A stretch of 64,000 bases of DNA from assembly GCA_051859245.1 (NCBI GenBank), contig JBHYGA010000005.1:1-64000 (forward strand), in the 5' to 3' direction. Origin of the DNA: Gemmatimonadaceae bacterium (GTDB taxonomy: Bacteria > Gemmatimonadota > Gemmatimonadetes > Gemmatimonadales > Gemmatimonadaceae). A program made the translations under genes and the position numbers. Positions 62,456 through 64,000 of this stretch are shown here, one piece after another; within the stretch, counting starts at the first letter, position 1; every line of letters begins with the position of its first letter. Below the pieces are notes generated by a model, which saw only the letters and a program-made list of their open reading frames with translations, was not told the origin of the DNA and ran no database searches.

Positions 62456-62669
62456 CTGATTCGGTCATTCGGCCGAGTGGCGGGAGCCCAAGGCCATTTG
62501 GCCTTTCGGCCTCACCGTTTCGAAAGGGCGCACGGAACGTACGAGCAGCTGTTTTTTGTGTGCCGAGATAGGAAACCGGCGTTGGTGACGGGTGCGGCCT
62601 TTCGAAGCTACGAGGCCGAAAGGCCAAATGGCCTTGGGCTCCGTCTACTCGGCCGAATGACCGAATCAG
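62456..62669. repeat. Inverted pair of the ~75-bp repeat (arms 62456-62533 and 62592-62669, 58-bp spacer); REP/MITE-like element
   Basis: Left arm CTGATTCGGTCATTCGGCCGAGT...; right arm ...ACTCGGCCGAATGACCGAATCAG is its reverse complement; third copy at 1-75. Confidence 0.9.
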
Positions 62670-62701
62670 AAAAGCAAAAACGGCGCCCTCGGGCGCCGTT
62701 T
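62670..62701 (-). terminator. Terminator of the AraC gene
   Basis: Minus strand AAACGGCGCC-CGAG-GGCGCCGTTT followed by TTGCTTTT, 20 bp after the stop. Confidence 0.85.
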
Positions 62702-62720
62702 CTTCCTTCATGCAGTGAGC

Positions 62721-63536
62721 TTACGCCGCCGCAGAGGCATCCTCGTCGTGCGCATCGATCATTTCATCGCGCCGCCGATCGCGCGTGACGAGCAGCTCCT
62801 GAATCACCCAGGCCGCGCCACCCTTCAAGCGAATCTGATGCGGTGTGCAACCGAGATACCGCTGGCACGTGTTTCGGAACGCGCTGCCTGACGGGAAGTC
62901 GAGTGCTCCGGCCACGCCATCCGCACTGCGCGAACCATCTTCGAGCATGCTCGCGGCAACAATCAATCGGCCCCACGTGAGCATCTGGTGCGGAGGCGGC
63001 AACTGCGCGCCCTCAAGTCGCTTGCTCAGCAACCGACGTGAAACGGCAATCAGGCGCGCCAGTCCATCCGGAGTGAGCCGTTCATGGGCCCGCGTGACCG
63101 ACAGCATCACGGCGTCGCGCACAACAGAACGCAGGCCGGCCAGATGCGGCTTGAGCAGGCTTGAGACGCTGCGCGCTTCGGCTTGATCGAGCAGTGCGCC
63201 GAGCTGCGCGGGTGAGTCGGATTCGTCGGCCACGATCAGGACATCGATACCGCAGCGACCGGCGTCGAACATGTCGCGCGCACGTTCACGCGAGAGGTCT
63301 ACGTAGGCCACGAGGGCGGCGCGGGGTACACGAACGCGGAGCTGACGAACGCGCTCGAAGTCAGCGCGACCATCGACGTAGAGATCGAACACCACGACAT
63401 TGATCGGGCCGCGCTCGCACGCACGCGTGAGCGAAGTCCAGTCGTCGCAGGGCACGAACCGATACCGGTCGCGCGCCGCCTGACGAAGTCGTGCCGCACG
63501 GTTCTCGTGCGCCAGCAGCGTAGCAATCACACCCAT
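62721..63536 (-). CDS. AraC-family transcriptional regulator with receiver-like N-terminal domain
   Basis: N-terminal VVVFD receiver-like strand; C-terminal LARLIAVSRRLLSKRL and VAGALDFPSGSAFRNTCQRYLGCTP HTH pair. Confidence 0.85.
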   Translation of the reverse strand: MGVIATLLAHENRAARLRQAARDRYRFVPCDDWTSLTRACERGPINVVVFDLYVDGRADFERVRQLRVRVPRAALVAYVDLSRERARDMFDAGRCGIDVLIVADESDSPAQLGALLDQAEARSVSSLLKPHLAGLRSVVRDAVMLSVTRAHERLTPDGLARLIAVSRRLLSKRLEGAQLPPPHQMLTWGRLIVAASMLEDGSRSADGVAGALDFPSGSAFRNTCQRYLGCTPHQIRLKGGAAWVIQELLVTRDRRRDEMIDAHDEDASAAA

Positions 63537-63746
63537 GGCACAGCCTGTGGGGAACGGGGAAACAAAAAAGGCGTCGTGTGAGAGACGCGGGACCCCTGCT
63601 ACAGGTCACGCCCCGTTACGCTCGTGGCCCGGGGACGAGGGGGCCCTTGCTCTCTACACCCGTCCGACCGTGCGGGTGCGGGTGGATTCATGGGGGCCGC
63701 GGAGGGCGTGGGCCAGAGGCCCGCACTTGCGCTTGGGCGGCATCGG

Positions 63747-63939
63747 AACTGCATAGAACGCAGAGGCGCAGAGGCGCAGAGGCGCAGAGGCGCAGAGACT
63801 GCATGCAGCTTGGGGAACGCGTCTCAACAATTCAAAAAAAAAATGAAAGTGTGCGCCCTCTGATGACGCAGCTCGTAGCGACGTGCAGTCTCCGCGTCTC
63901 TGCGTCTCTGTGTTCCAAGCAGTTGCAGTTAAAGCAGTT
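63747..63939. repeat. Inverted-repeat element built on CGCAGAG(G/A) octamers (arms 63747-63803 and 63884-63924, 80-bp spacer)
   Basis: Left arm AACTGCATAGAA(CGCAGAGG)x4 CGCAGAG ACTGCA; reverse complement of right arm AACTGCTTGGAA CACAGAGA CGCAGAGA CGCGGAG ACTGCA; GCAGTT occurs three times at 63919-63939. Confidence 0.88.
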
Positions 63940-64000
63940 ACCCGGCCCCGCCGCTGCCCAAACCGCCCGGCAATGCTGGAACAACTCCGCGACCTCTCAG

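Noticed and set aside
62406..62788. Extended CoaE N-terminus and ORF 62447..62788 with near-identical IRSFGRV.GAQGHLAFRP peptides
   Set aside because: Artefact of translating the two arms of the inverted repeat; CoaE starts at ATG 62405.
62456..63939. CRISPR array or integron attC sites
   Set aside because: The repeats are inverted or 8-nt tandem rather than regularly spaced direct repeats; no cas or integrase gene and no RYYYAAC...GTTRRRY ends.

Overview
GC-rich bacterial chromosomal segment. The gene content and lipoprotein style suggest Gemmatimonadota, which is my inference. I call 39 protein genes. The housekeeping set is dnaE-accA-ricT(PSP1)-metG, a UvrD-family helicase, lipA-pdhABC...lpdA-lipB, an oppABCDF + POT peptide-transporter operon, a LipM/LplA-like ligase, gcvP, gcvH, coaE and an AraC regulator. 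The envelope set is a four-gene type IV minor-pilin cluster and four very large Ig-like-repeat lipoproteins. One of these is a 1634-aa S-layer candidate, one is a 7-repeat Big_1-like protein, and two are paralogous metzincin (M66-like) proteases on stalks of 21 and 3 repeats that sit between pdhC and lpdA. No rRNA, tRNA, CRISPR array, transposase or integrase is evident. The most unusual signals are: (i) two octamer-based inverted-repeat elements flanking the AraC gene, one of which has a third copy at the window start; (ii) the variable-length protease stalks; (iii) a TGTGA-N6-GCACGCGT site shared upstream of two giant lipoprotein genes; (iv) an excess of C-terminal proline among exported proteins; and (v) a GT2-fold protein lacking its DxD motif and carrying an RNase E-like Arg-rich disordered tail.
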